Assembly (NCBI GenBank): GCA_039932815.1
Contig: JBDTPG010000001.1
Location: 8,956-72,955 of the forward strand
Length of the DNA stretch: 64,000 nt
Direction: 5' to 3'
From: Caldimonas sp.
GTDB taxonomy: Bacteria; Pseudomonadota; Gammaproteobacteria; Burkholderiales; Burkholderiaceae_C
Shown here: in pieces, positions 10,099-20,368 of the stretch
Layout of the letters: each line of letters opens with the position of its first letter
Position numbering within the stretch: position 1 is the first letter of the stretch
Program-made: the position numbers and the translations under genes
The notes under the pieces: generated by a model
Told to the model about the DNA's origin: nothing
The model's database searches: none
What the model saw: the letters and a program-made list of their open reading frames with translations, nothing else

Positions 10099-11452
10099 GC
10101 CGATCGTCGCCGTCGTCGGCGCCGGGCCCGCCGGCGTTCGCTGCGCCGAAGCGCTCGCCCGCGCCGGCCTGACGCCGATCCTCCTCGACGAGGCGGAGCG
10201 GCCGGGCGGGCAGATCTATCGCCAGCCTCCGGGCGCCACGCGCGTGTCGCCGAGCGTCTACGGCTTCGAAGCGAGGAAGGCACAAGCGCTCCACGGCGTC
10301 GTTCCCGAGCAGCGCGGCCGGATCGACTACCGGCCTCGCACGCTGGTCTGGAATGTGTTCGGACAGCGCCTCGACCTGCTCGCGCCCGACGGCCAGCGCG
10401 ACCAGCGATTCGATCGCCTCGTCCTCGCGACCGGCGCCATGGATCGCGTCGTGCCGTTTCCGGGCTGGACGCTGCCCGGCGTCTTCACGCTCGGCGGCGC
10501 GCAGATCGCGCTCAAGTCGCAGGGCGTCGCGATCGGCCGCCGCGTCGCCTTCGTCGGCGCCGGGCCGCTGCTGCCGCTGGTCACGCACCAGTACCTGAAC
10601 GCGGGCGTGAACGTCGTCGCCGCACTCGACGCGACGCCGTTCGGCGCCAAGGTCGCGCAGGCGTCCGGCCTCCTCGCTTCGGTCGACACCTTCGCGAAAG
10701 GCCTCTGGTACACCGCCCGCAATCGCCTGCGCGGGGTCGACACGCGCTACGGCATTCGCTCGCTGCGCGTCGAGGGCGCCGGACGCGTCGAAGCGATCGC
10801 CTGGCGCGAGGTCTCGGGTGCGGAGCGTCGCATCGAGTGCGACGCGGTCGGCGCGTCGTTCGGCTTGCGCGCCGAAACGCAGCTGGCCGACCTCGCCGGC
10901 TGCCGGTTCGCTTTCGCGGCCGACGCGCGCCAGTGGCTGCCCGAGCGCAGCGCCGAAGGACGATCGAGCGTGCCAAGCGTGTATCTGGCCGGCGATGGCG
11001 CCGGCATCGGCGGCGCCGATGTGGCCGAGCTGCAAGGCCGCCGCACGGCCCTCGCCGTCCTCGCCGACCTCGGCCGAAGCGTCGACGCGCGCGAAGCGGC
11101 GCGGCTCGATCGCGCGTTGGCGCGCCACGCCCGATTTCGCCGCGCGCTCGACGCGTCCTATCCGTATCCCGGACACCTGCTCGAGGCGATCGGCGATGAC
11201 GAGATCGTCTGCCGCTGCGAAGGCATCACCGCCGGCGCATTGCGCCAGGCGGCAGGCGACAAGGGCGCACACGAAGTGAACCGCGTCAAGGCGATGACCC
11301 GGATCGGCATGGGTCGCTGCCAGGGACGGGTCTGCGGCGAGGCCGCGGCCGAGCTCCTGGCGCGCGCTTGCGATGTCGATCTCGCAACTGTCGGCCGACT
11401 GCGTGGCCAGCCGCCGGTCAAGCCGATCGCCATCGTCGCGAGCGGGTCATGA
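10091..11452 (+). CDS. FAD/NAD(P)-dependent oxidoreductase with BFD-like 2Fe-2S C-terminus (HcnB/OoxA-like)
   Basis: Frame extends upstream of the ORF-track start to CTG 10091: AEPIVAVVGAGPAG...EAERPGGQIYRQ; LATGA; VYLAGDG; CRCEGIT...TRIGMGRCQGRVC. Confidence 0.88.
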   Translation: MAEPIVAVVGAGPAGVRCAEALARAGLTPILLDEAERPGGQIYRQPPGATRVSPSVYGFEARKAQALHGVVPEQRGRIDYRPRTLVWNVFGQRLDLLAPDGQRDQRFDRLVLATGAMDRVVPFPGWTLPGVFTLGGAQIALKSQGVAIGRRVAFVGAGPLLPLVTHQYLNAGVNVVAALDATPFGAKVAQASGLLASVDTFAKGLWYTARNRLRGVDTRYGIRSLRVEGAGRVEAIAWREVSGAERRIECDAVGASFGLRAETQLADLAGCRFAFAADARQWLPERSAEGRSSVPSVYLAGDGAGIGGADVAELQGRRTALAVLADLGRSVDAREAARLDRALARHARFRRALDASYPYPGHLLEAIGDDEIVCRCEGITAGALRQAAGDKGAHEVNRVKAMTRIGMGRCQGRVCGEAAAELLARACDVDLATVGRLRGQPPVKPIAIVASGS

Positions 11453-12600
11453 GCGAGCGCCTGCGCGTCGACGTCACGATCATCGGCGGCGGCATTGCCG
11501 GCTGCGCCGCGGCGGTCGCGCTGCGCGAAGCGGGAATGACGGTCGTGCTGCTCGACAAGGGCGTGTGCGGCGCCGGCGCGAGCGGCGTCAATTTCGGCGG
11601 CGTCCGCCAGCAGGGACGCCATCTCGGCGAGCTGGCGCTGGCGCGGCGGGCGCGGCCGCTGTGGGATCGGCTCAACGAGCGGCTCGGCGAGGATGTCGAA
11701 TTCCACGCCACGGGACACTTGAAGCTCGCCCGCTCGGAGGCAGACATGGCGCAGCTGGAGCGCTATGCGCAGGAGGCCGGCGAGCTGGGCCTGCGCCTGC
11801 AACTGCTCGGCAAGAACACCGTTCGATCCGACGCGCCATGGCTCGGCGCGCAGGTCATCGGCGCATCGCTGTGCGCCGAGGACGGGCAGGCCAACCCGCG
11901 CCTGGTCGGACCGGCGTTCGCGCGCCTCGCGCGCCGGCTCGGCGCCGACGTGCGCGAGCACGCCGCGGTGATCGCGGCGGCGCGCAGCGGCGACGGCTTC
12001 GAAGTCCGCAGCGAGCGCATCGAGGTGCAGAGCCGCTTCCTCGTCAACTGCGCCGGCGTCGGCGCAGGTGCGATCGCCGCCGGCTTCGGCGAAGACGTTC
12101 CGCTTCGGCCGCTCGTGCCGAACATGCTCGTCACCGAGCCGCTGCCTTTCTTCATCGACCGCTCGATCGGCGTCTGCGGCGGCGGCGTCTACCTGCGCCA
12201 GATCGCGCGCGGCAACGCCATCCTCGGCGGCGGCGACGGCTGGGGCGACACCGACAGCACGCGCTCGCGGCCGACGACGTCGACCTCGCTCGACGCGATG
12301 GCGAGCGCGGCCGCTCTCGTTCCCGGGCTCGCCGGCGCCCTCGTCATCCGGACCTGGGCCGGCATCGACGGCGAGATGCCCGACCGCATTCCGGTCATCG
12401 GCTTCTCGGCGACGACGCCGAACCTCGTCCATGCCTTCGGCTTCTCGGGACACGGCTTCCAGCTCGGGCCGATCGTCGGCGAGATCATCGCCGAGCTCGT
12501 CACGCAAGGACGCTCGGCGTCGGCGCTTGCGCCGTTCGCGATCGAGCGCTTCGCAGACCAGACGCAATCGACGCCGTCGACCGTCGGCGCCGGCCAGTGA
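11449..12600 (+). CDS. FAD-dependent oxidoreductase, DadA family (HcnC/OoxB-like)
   Basis: IIGGGIAG, GASGVNFGGVRQQGR, FGFSGHGFQLGP; ATGA overlap with the upstream gene. Confidence 0.9.
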   Translation: MSERLRVDVTIIGGGIAGCAAAVALREAGMTVVLLDKGVCGAGASGVNFGGVRQQGRHLGELALARRARPLWDRLNERLGEDVEFHATGHLKLARSEADMAQLERYAQEAGELGLRLQLLGKNTVRSDAPWLGAQVIGASLCAEDGQANPRLVGPAFARLARRLGADVREHAAVIAAARSGDGFEVRSERIEVQSRFLVNCAGVGAGAIAAGFGEDVPLRPLVPNMLVTEPLPFFIDRSIGVCGGGVYLRQIARGNAILGGGDGWGDTDSTRSRPTTSTSLDAMASAAALVPGLAGALVIRTWAGIDGEMPDRIPVIGFSATTPNLVHAFGFSGHGFQLGPIVGEIIAELVTQGRSASALAPFAIERFADQTQSTPSTVGAGQ

Positions 12601-12691
12601 CTCATGGCAGTCACGGGGTTTCCGGGCGTCGAGCGCGGGCTATGATGCCGCGCGCCGGCTCTCGGCGCGACGGCCCATCGAGGGAATCCGC

Positions 12692-14233
12692 ATGAAGCGA
12701 CATCTCAGCGCCGCCGCAGCGGCACTCCTCCTTGCCTCCGCCGGCGTGAGCGCGCAGACCACGCTCAACGTCGGCATGTCGGCCGCCGACGTCAACCAGC
12801 TCGATCCGTACCGCGCGACGACGACGCAGGACAAGCCGCTCACCTCGTGGCTCTACAACGGCCTGGTCCGCTTCAAGCCAGGCTCCGCGAGCCTGGAGAC
12901 GCTCGAGCCCGATCTCGCCGAGAAGTGGGAAAGCAGCCCCGACAAGCTGACCTGGACCTTCCATCTGAGGAAAGGCGTCAAGTTCCACGGCGACTACGGC
13001 ACCGTCACGGCCGACGACGTCGTCTTCTCGCTCAAGCGCGCCGCCGATTCGAAGACCTCGTCGTTCTCGGGAGACTATGCGTCGATCGATACCGTCGAGG
13101 CGGTCGACCCGCTGACGGTGCGCGTGAAGCTGAAGCAGGCGGTGCCGTTCTTCCTCGGCCTGGTCACCAATTACCACGGCGGCAACGTCGTCAGCCGGAA
13201 GGCGGTCGAGAAGCTCGGCGACAACTTCCGCCTCAACCCGATCGGCACCGGCGCGTTCAAGTTCGAGTCGTACAAGCCCAACGAGAGCGTCGTCTTCGTC
13301 GCCAACAAGGACTACTTCCGCGGCGCGCCCAAGATCGATCGCATCGTCTACCACCTGATCCCGGCCGACTCGGCGCGCGACCTCGCGTTCACCTCGGGCG
13401 AGCTCGACATCGTCTATGGCCGCCAGGACCAGAAGTGGGCCGAGCGCTTCAAGAAGGAGCCCGGCGTCATCGTCGACGTGCTGCGCCCGGCCGAGCTCGG
13501 CCAGCTGCACCTCAACATGACCGTCAAGCCGCTCGACGACAAGCGCGTCCGCCAGGCGATCGCGCACGCGATCAACCGGCAGCAGATCGTCAGCTTCAAG
13601 GGCGACCTCACGGCCGACCTGCCGGTGTCGGTCGTTCCGGCGGGCTACCTCGGCACCGACGCCAAGGCGCCGCTCGCGAGCTACGACGTCGCCAAGGCCA
13701 AGGCGCTGCTGAAGGAGGCGGGCTTTCCGAACGGCATCACCGTCAAGGCGATCCAGTCGACCCTGCCCTCGATGCTCAACACCGCGCAGATCCTGCAGGC
13801 GCAGCTCAAGCTCGCCGGCATCGACCTGCAGCTGGAGACGGTCGATCACCAGACCTTCCACGCCAACATCCGCAAGGACCTGAGCGGCGCGGTCTACTAC
13901 ACCGCGGCGCGCTTCCCCGTCGCCGACGTGCCGCTGACGCAGTTCTTCCACTCGCGCTCGATCGTCGGCACGCCGACGGCGGTGGTGAACTTCTCGCACT
14001 GCGCCGTCGCCGACAAGGAGATCGACTCGGCGCGCTCCGAGCCCGACCTCGCCAAGCAGAAGGAGCTCTGGGCAACGGCGCAGAGGAAGATCCTCGACGA
14101 GGTCTGCGCCGTGCCGCTGTTCGAGCAGCTCCAGGTCTGGGCGCACAAGTCGAACATCGACTACGGCTACAAGCTGGTCGACGCGATCCACCTCGGGCCG
14201 CAGATCACCGAGCTGACTACCAAGAAGAAGTAG
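12692..14233 (+). CDS. ABC transporter substrate-binding protein, Dpp/Opp family 5
   Basis: Signal peptide MKRHLSAAAAALLLASAGVSAQ; EPDLAEKWE...WTFHLRKGVKFH; PIGTGAFKF; VRQAIAHAINR. Confidence 0.93.
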   Translation: MKRHLSAAAAALLLASAGVSAQTTLNVGMSAADVNQLDPYRATTTQDKPLTSWLYNGLVRFKPGSASLETLEPDLAEKWESSPDKLTWTFHLRKGVKFHGDYGTVTADDVVFSLKRAADSKTSSFSGDYASIDTVEAVDPLTVRVKLKQAVPFFLGLVTNYHGGNVVSRKAVEKLGDNFRLNPIGTGAFKFESYKPNESVVFVANKDYFRGAPKIDRIVYHLIPADSARDLAFTSGELDIVYGRQDQKWAERFKKEPGVIVDVLRPAELGQLHLNMTVKPLDDKRVRQAIAHAINRQQIVSFKGDLTADLPVSVVPAGYLGTDAKAPLASYDVAKAKALLKEAGFPNGITVKAIQSTLPSMLNTAQILQAQLKLAGIDLQLETVDHQTFHANIRKDLSGAVYYTAARFPVADVPLTQFFHSRSIVGTPTAVVNFSHCAVADKEIDSARSEPDLAKQKELWATAQRKILDEVCAVPLFEQLQVWAHKSNIDYGYKLVDAIHLGPQITELTTKKK

Positions 14234-14263
14234 GCGGCCTCCACCGGCCGCGGCGGCGCCTTC

Positions 14264-15205
14264 ATGTTGCGCTTCGTCGTCAACCGGCTGCTGCTCGCGC
14301 TGCCCACGCTCTGGGCGGTGCTGACGCTGGTGTTCGTCCTGGTGCGCGTCGTACCGGGCGACCCGACCATCGTCGTCCTCGGCGACCAGGCGACACCCGC
14401 GGCGCGCGCGGCGTTGCGCGAACGGCTCGGGCTGGACAAGCCGCTCTTGGCTCAGTACGCCGACTTCATGCTCCAGATCGCGCGTGGCGATCTCGGCAAG
14501 TCGCTGGTCACGAACCGGCCGATCACGACCGACGTCGCCGCCGTCCTGCCCTACACCATCGAGCTCACCCTCGCCGCGCTTTTCATCGGCACCGTGATCG
14601 GCGTGCCGCTCGGCGTCGTCGCGGCGCAGCGGCGCGACGGCTTCGTCGACTGGTTCGCGCGCATCGTCTCGCTCGCCGGCCTGTCGTTCCCGGCCTTCGT
14701 CTCCGGCATTCTGCTGCTGATCGCGTTCGCGGTCGAGTTGCGCTGGTTTCCGGTCATCTCGACGGCGACCGGCACCGATCCGCTGCAGCGCCTGCGCGCG
14801 CTCGCCCTGCCCGCCATCAACCTCGGCCTGATCATGGTCGCGTACGTGACCCGGGTGACGCGTTCCGGGATGCTCAAGGCGTTGAGCGACGACTACGTGC
14901 GCACCGCGCGCGCCAAGGGCCTGCCACGGCGCATCGTCGTCTGGCGCCATGCGCTGCGCAACGTCCTGATTCCGATCGTCACCGTCGTCGGCCTCTACCT
15001 CGGCGTGCTGATCGGCAACGCGGTGCTGACCGAGATCGTCTTCAACCGGCCGGGCCTCGGCAAGCTCATCGTCTCGGCCCTGAACCAGCGCGACTACTCG
15101 CTGCTGCAGGGACTGATGGTGGTGACGGCGCTGGCGGTCGTCGTCGCCAACATCCTCACCGACCTGACCTACGGGCTCGTCGATCCGCGGGTGAAGGCCG
15201 GATGA
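14264..15205 (+). CDS. ABC transporter permease (DppB-like)
   Basis: PGDP, GDLGKS, DYVRTARAKGL, EIVFNRPGLG. Confidence 0.93.
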   Translation: MLRFVVNRLLLALPTLWAVLTLVFVLVRVVPGDPTIVVLGDQATPAARAALRERLGLDKPLLAQYADFMLQIARGDLGKSLVTNRPITTDVAAVLPYTIELTLAALFIGTVIGVPLGVVAAQRRDGFVDWFARIVSLAGLSFPAFVSGILLLIAFAVELRWFPVISTATGTDPLQRLRALALPAINLGLIMVAYVTRVTRSGMLKALSDDYVRTARAKGLPRRIVVWRHALRNVLIPIVTVVGLYLGVLIGNAVLTEIVFNRPGLGKLIVSALNQRDYSLLQGLMVVTALAVVVANILTDLTYGLVDPRVKAG

Positions 15206-16056
15206 GCACGGCGGTCAGCGTCGCCGCGCCGTCGGCCTGGAAGCGCGCGACGCGATCGGGCGGGCTCGCCGTCGGCCTCGTCCTGGCGGTGGCGATGGTC
15301 GTCATCGCGATCGCCGCGCCGTGGATCGCGCCCTTCGATCCGAACGAGCAGGACGTCCTGCTCAAGCTCGAGCCGCCTTCGGCGGCGCACTGGTTCGGCA
15401 CCGACGCCTTCGGCCGCGACGTCCTGTCGCGGGTGATCTACGGCGCGCGCATCTCGCTCTTCGTCGGCGCCTTCGCGACGCTCGCCGGCGTCGTCATCGG
15501 CACGGTCATCGGCGTCGTCTCGGGCTACCTCGGCGGCGTCGTCGACCGGCTGATCACGGCGGCCACCGACGTCCTGCTCAGCTTCCCGCAGCTGATCATG
15601 GGCCTGATGCTGGTCGCCGTCCTCGGCGCCAACCTGTTCAACCTGATCCTGGCCATCGCGATCACCGCGGTGCCGGCATTCATCCGCGTCGCGCGTGCCT
15701 CGACGCTGGCGATGAAGGAGCGCGACTTCGTCGACGCCTGCCGGGCGCTCGGCTTCGGCAATCCGCGCATCATGTTCCTGCACGTCCTGCCGAACATCAT
15801 GGACGAGGTCGTCGTCATGGCGTCGCTGTGGTTCGCGGCCGCCATCCGCACCGAGTCGACGCTCGCCTTCATCGGCCTCGGCGTGCCGCCGCCGACCGCG
15901 ACCTGGGGCGGCATCATCCGCGACGGCTTCGACAACCTGCTCGACGCGGTATGGCTGTCGATCTTCCCGAGCCTTGCGATCCTGCTGATCATGATCGCGC
16001 TCAACCTGATCGGCGACGGCCTGCGCGACGCCAGCGATCCGAGGGCGCCGCAATGA
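15202..16056 (+). CDS. ABC transporter permease (DppC-like)
   Basis: HWFGTDAFGRDVLSRVIYGARISL, HVLPN, LNLIGDGLRDA; 3' part of the 1069-aa track ORF, real start ATG 15202. Confidence 0.92.
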   Translation: MSTAVSVAAPSAWKRATRSGGLAVGLVLAVAMVVIAIAAPWIAPFDPNEQDVLLKLEPPSAAHWFGTDAFGRDVLSRVIYGARISLFVGAFATLAGVVIGTVIGVVSGYLGGVVDRLITAATDVLLSFPQLIMGLMLVAVLGANLFNLILAIAITAVPAFIRVARASTLAMKERDFVDACRALGFGNPRIMFLHVLPNIMDEVVVMASLWFAAAIRTESTLAFIGLGVPPPTATWGGIIRDGFDNLLDAVWLSIFPSLAILLIMIALNLIGDGLRDASDPRAPQ

Positions 16057-17075
16057 GCGCCGCGGCCGAGGCCGTTCGTGGCGCCGATCCCGCGCCGGAG
16101 CGGTCGGGTCCATCGCTCATCGTCGAGCACCTGACGACGTCGATCCGCATCGATCGCCGGTGGTTCGACGCGGTCCGCGACGTCAGCTTCCAAGTCAATC
16201 CGCGCGAGACGCTCGCCCTCGTCGGCGAATCGGGCTGCGGCAAGAGCCTGACCGCGCTCTCGGTGATGGGGCTGCTGCCCGAAGGCGTCGGCCGCGTCTC
16301 GAACGGAAAGATCATCGTCGACGGCACCGACATGACGGCGGCGAGCGCGGCGAAGGCGCAGGCGATGCGCGGCGACCGCATCGGCATGATCTTCCAGGAG
16401 CCGATGACCTCGCTCAACCCGGTGCTGCCAGTGGGCTTCCAGATCGCCGAGTCGCTGATCGAGCACCGCGGCATGAGCGGCCGCCAGGCGCGCCAGCGCG
16501 CGCTCGAGCTGATGGAGCTCGTCCGCATTCCCGCCGCCGCGCAGCGCCTCGACGCGTACGCGCATCAGTTCTCGGGCGGCATGCGCCAGCGCGTCATGAT
16601 CGCGATCGCCCTCGCCTGCTCGCCCAAGGTCCTGATCGCCGACGAGCCGACGACGGCGCTCGACGTCACGATCCAGGCGCAGGTGCTGGCGCTGCTCGCC
16701 GACCTGCAACGGCGCGAAGGCCTGGCCGTCCTGCTCATCACCCACAACCTGGGCGTCGTCGCCGCGGTCGCCGATCGCGTCATCGTCATGTACGGCGGCG
16801 ACGTCGTCGAGAGCGCGCCGGTCAAGGAGTTCTTCGCCCGGCCGACGCATCCGTACAGCGAGGCGCTGCTCGCGGCGATGCCGCGCGTCGACCGCTCCGC
16901 GGAGGCGCTCGCGCCGATCCCGGGGCAGGTGCCGACGTTGCCCGACCTGCCCGCCGGCTGCCGCTTCCAGTCGCGCTGCCCGTTGCGGATCGCCCGGTGC
17001 GCCGAGCTGCCGCCGCTGATTTCGCTCGCCGCGGCGCCCGCGCACGGCGTGCGCTGCTGGGCGCGGGCGCCGTGA
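16053..17075 (+). CDS. ABC transporter ATP-binding protein (DppD-like)
   Basis: [28 protein letters not shown]-terminal GCRFQSRC. Confidence 0.94.
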   Translation: MSAAAEAVRGADPAPERSGPSLIVEHLTTSIRIDRRWFDAVRDVSFQVNPRETLALVGESGCGKSLTALSVMGLLPEGVGRVSNGKIIVDGTDMTAASAAKAQAMRGDRIGMIFQEPMTSLNPVLPVGFQIAESLIEHRGMSGRQARQRALELMELVRIPAAAQRLDAYAHQFSGGMRQRVMIAIALACSPKVLIADEPTTALDVTIQAQVLALLADLQRREGLAVLLITHNLGVVAAVADRVIVMYGGDVVESAPVKEFFARPTHPYSEALLAAMPRVDRSAEALAPIPGQVPTLPDLPAGCRFQSRCPLRIARCAELPPLISLAAAPAHGVRCWARAP

Positions 17076-17085
17076 AGGGATCGCC

Positions 17086-18072
<987 letters not shown>

Positions 18073-18088
18073 TGCGAACGGCGACGGT

Positions 18089-19273
18089 TCATGAAACCGC
18101 GCCCAATCCATAGCGACCTTGCAACAGCCTGCCGCTGCGAAAGCGCTCGAGCGCGTACGGAGCGAGCGATACGTCCGTCGGCAGGCCGAGCGCCTCCTGC
18201 GCGAGCACGCGACCGACCGCCGGCGATAGCTTGAAGCCGTGGCCTGAAAAGCCGTAGGCGACGATGAGACCGGGCACGTCGGGGATGCGCCCCAGCACCG
18301 GATTCCAGTCGGGCGTGACGTCGTAGACCCCGGTCCACGACGACGCCAGCCCGGCCTCTGCGTACGACGGAAAGCGCTCGGCGACCTGCGCGCCGACGCG
18401 CAGCACGTCGTCCACGGGGATGTCCCCTTGCTCGTTGTCGGGGCGCGCCAGCGTCGCGCCGGCACCGCCTTCGCTGACCAGCATCTGCGTGCCGCCGTAG
18501 CTGCGGCAGTAGAGCATCCCGGGCGAGCCGAGGTCCTTGTAGACCGGCATGGCGAAGGTGTAGGGCTCGGCGCCGGCGAGCGCGAGGACGCCGTGCCGCT
18601 CGGCGCGCACCGGCGTCTCGATGCCGGTCCAGCGCTCGATGTCGCCGGCCCAGATGTTCTGCGCGCTGACGACGATCGCGCTCGTCAGCGTGCCCTGCGA
18701 AGTCTCGACGCCGGCGACGCGGCCGCCCTCGAGGAGCAGCCGCTCGACCTCGACGCCTTCGAGGATCCTGACGCCGCGCCGCCGCGCCGAGCGCGCGAAT
18801 CCGGTCGCGACGAGGTAGGCATCGGCAAACCCCGCGTCGGGCTCGAAGCCGATCAGCGCCGCATCGTCGAATCGACAAAGCGGCAGGCGGAGGGCGGCGT
18901 CGGGCGCGGAAAGCAGCTCCACCGCGATCCCCTTCGCCTGCTGGGCCAGCAGGGCCGCTCGCAACGGCGCGAGCTTCGGGCCCTCGGGCGCGGCGATCAG
19001 GTAGCCGCACTTGACGAGTCCGGCCGACGCTTCGTCGTCCTCGAGATAGGCCGCGAACGAATCGAATGCGCGCCACGACCGCCTTGCAAGATCGACGTTC
19101 TCGGGCACCGAATAGTGCGTGCGCAGGATCCCGCTGGATTGCGACGATGTGCCCGAGCCGATGGATCCGCGGTCGATCACGACGACGTTGCGCGCGCCCA
19201 GGACGGCGAGGTGATGGGCGATCGACATGCCGATCACGCCGGCGCCGATCACGACGACTTCCGCTGTGCCCAT
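18089..19273 (-). CDS. FAD-dependent oxidoreductase (sarcosine oxidase beta/DadA family)
   Basis: VIGAGVIG, GTSSQSSGILRTHY, YDVTPDWNPVLG, GFSGHGFKLSP. Confidence 0.9.
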   Translation of the reverse strand: MGTAEVVVIGAGVIGMSIAHHLAVLGARNVVVIDRGSIGSGTSSQSSGILRTHYSVPENVDLARRSWRAFDSFAAYLEDDEASAGLVKCGYLIAAPEGPKLAPLRAALLAQQAKGIAVELLSAPDAALRLPLCRFDDAALIGFEPDAGFADAYLVATGFARSARRRGVRILEGVEVERLLLEGGRVAGVETSQGTLTSAIVVSAQNIWAGDIERWTGIETPVRAERHGVLALAGAEPYTFAMPVYKDLGSPGMLYCRSYGGTQMLVSEGGAGATLARPDNEQGDIPVDDVLRVGAQVAERFPSYAEAGLASSWTGVYDVTPDWNPVLGRIPDVPGLIVAYGFSGHGFKLSPAVGRVLAQEALGLPTDVSLAPYALERFRSGRLLQGRYGLGAVS

Positions 19274-19395
19274 CGTCGGAGTGTCAGCCTTTCAGCAAGA
19301 TGAAGTCGGCGAGTCGCATGTTGCTGTCGTTCGGGCTCGCCACGGGCGCGGCGGAGCGTGGCCGGAGCCGAAGCGCGCCAGTGCTTCCCTCGCGC

Positions 19396-19409
19396 TTGCG
19401 CTGCGTCAA
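19396..19409 (+). promoter_or_regulatory. FNR/FixK box
   Basis: TTGCG-CTGC-GTCAA; -10-like TAGTGT at 19431; 47 bp before the 19457 start. Confidence 0.7.
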
Positions 19410-19456
19410 GTCGAAACGCCCGGGCGCGCGTAGTGTGATGCCGCAACCCGGAGATC

Positions 19457-19648
19457 ATGATGCAAAGCCTGAACGTCGGCAACCTCGACCGCTTGATGCG
19501 CATCGTCGTCGGCGTCGTCCTCCTCGCGCTGACCACCAGCGGCGTCATCGGACCCTGGGGCTACCTCGGCCTCGTGCCGCTGCTCACCGGCATCGTGGCG
19601 TTCTGCCCGCTCTACGCGGCGCTGGGCATCAGGACCACTTCGCGCTGA
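19457..19648 (+). CDS. DUF2892/YgaP-like small membrane protein
   Basis: NVGNLDRLMRIVVG...LLTGIVAFCPLYAALGIRT. Confidence 0.9.
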   Translation: MMQSLNVGNLDRLMRIVVGVVLLALTTSGVIGPWGYLGLVPLLTGIVAFCPLYAALGIRTTSR

Positions 19649-19670
19649 GCGCCGATTCCACGGAGAGGCC

Positions 19671-20153
19671 ATGTACCAACGCATCCTCGTGCCCGTCGAC
19701 GGCAGCATGACCTCGCGCCGCGGCCTCGACGCCGCGATCGACATGGCCCGCCTGACGGGGGCGTCCCTGCGCCTGGTCCATGTCATCGACGAGCTGGTCT
19801 TCTCGACCGGCTTCGAGCCCGGCGCCACCTACATGAAGGACGTGCTGCCGCGCATCCGCAGCGACGGCGCGCGCGTTCTCGACGCAGCCCGCGCCCAGGT
19901 CGCGGCGGCCGGCGTCGCCTCGGACACCGTGCTGAAGGAATGCTTCGGAACGCGCACCTCCGATGTCGTCCTCGGTGCGGCGAAGGAATGGAATGCCGAC
20001 CTGATCGTGCTCGGCACCCACGGTCGGCGCGGCATCGGCAGGATGCTGCTCGGCAGCGACGCGGAGCAGGTGATGCGGGGTGCCCATGTTCCGGTGCTTC
20101 TCGTTCGCAGCGACGTCGCCGTTGGAGATACTCATGTCCCACGCACACCTTGA
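19671..20153 (+). CDS. universal stress protein
   Basis: MYQRILVPVDGS...DLIVLGTHGRRG...LLGSDAEQV. Confidence 0.95.
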   Translation: MYQRILVPVDGSMTSRRGLDAAIDMARLTGASLRLVHVIDELVFSTGFEPGATYMKDVLPRIRSDGARVLDAARAQVAAAGVASDTVLKECFGTRTSDVVLGAAKEWNADLIVLGTHGRRGIGRMLLGSDAEQVMRGAHVPVLLVRSDVAVGDTHVPRTP

Positions 20154-20334
20154 AGCCGCGCCGATGACCCTCCCGCTCGCCGTGCCCGCCGCGTGGCTGG
20201 GCCCTTGGGCTGAACTGCAGCGGGTGCAATGGCAAGCCATCGTCCTCTTCCACAATTCCCTGCTCGCCTATCAGAAGGAGCTTTGGGAACAATGGGCCTG
20301 CCGCTACGCCGGCGGCGCTCCCCTCGACAGCTGA
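20134..20334 (+). CDS. small hypothetical protein (66 aa, Trp/Gln-rich helix)
   Basis: GGAG RBS then ATG 20134; MSHAHLEAAPMTLP...WAELQRVQWQAIVLFHNSLLAYQKELWEQWACRYAGGAPLDS; fills the gap between USP and the nuclease. Confidence 0.65.
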   Translation: MSHAHLEAAPMTLPLAVPAAWLGPWAELQRVQWQAIVLFHNSLLAYQKELWEQWACRYAGGAPLDS

Positions 20335-20368
20335 GCCTGATGCACCCTGAGGACCCTTCCGGCGCGAC

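Noticed and set aside
9805-12600. Hydrogen cyanide synthase hcnABC
   Set aside because: Same architecture, but linkage to an importer and a dehydratase argues for catabolism; substrate cannot be read from sequence
12847-15201. 1069-aa track ORF as a giant fusion protein
   Set aside because: Only the last 284 codons (from 15202) are the DppC permease; the rest is an off-frame Arg/Ala-rich shadow over the binding protein and DppB genes
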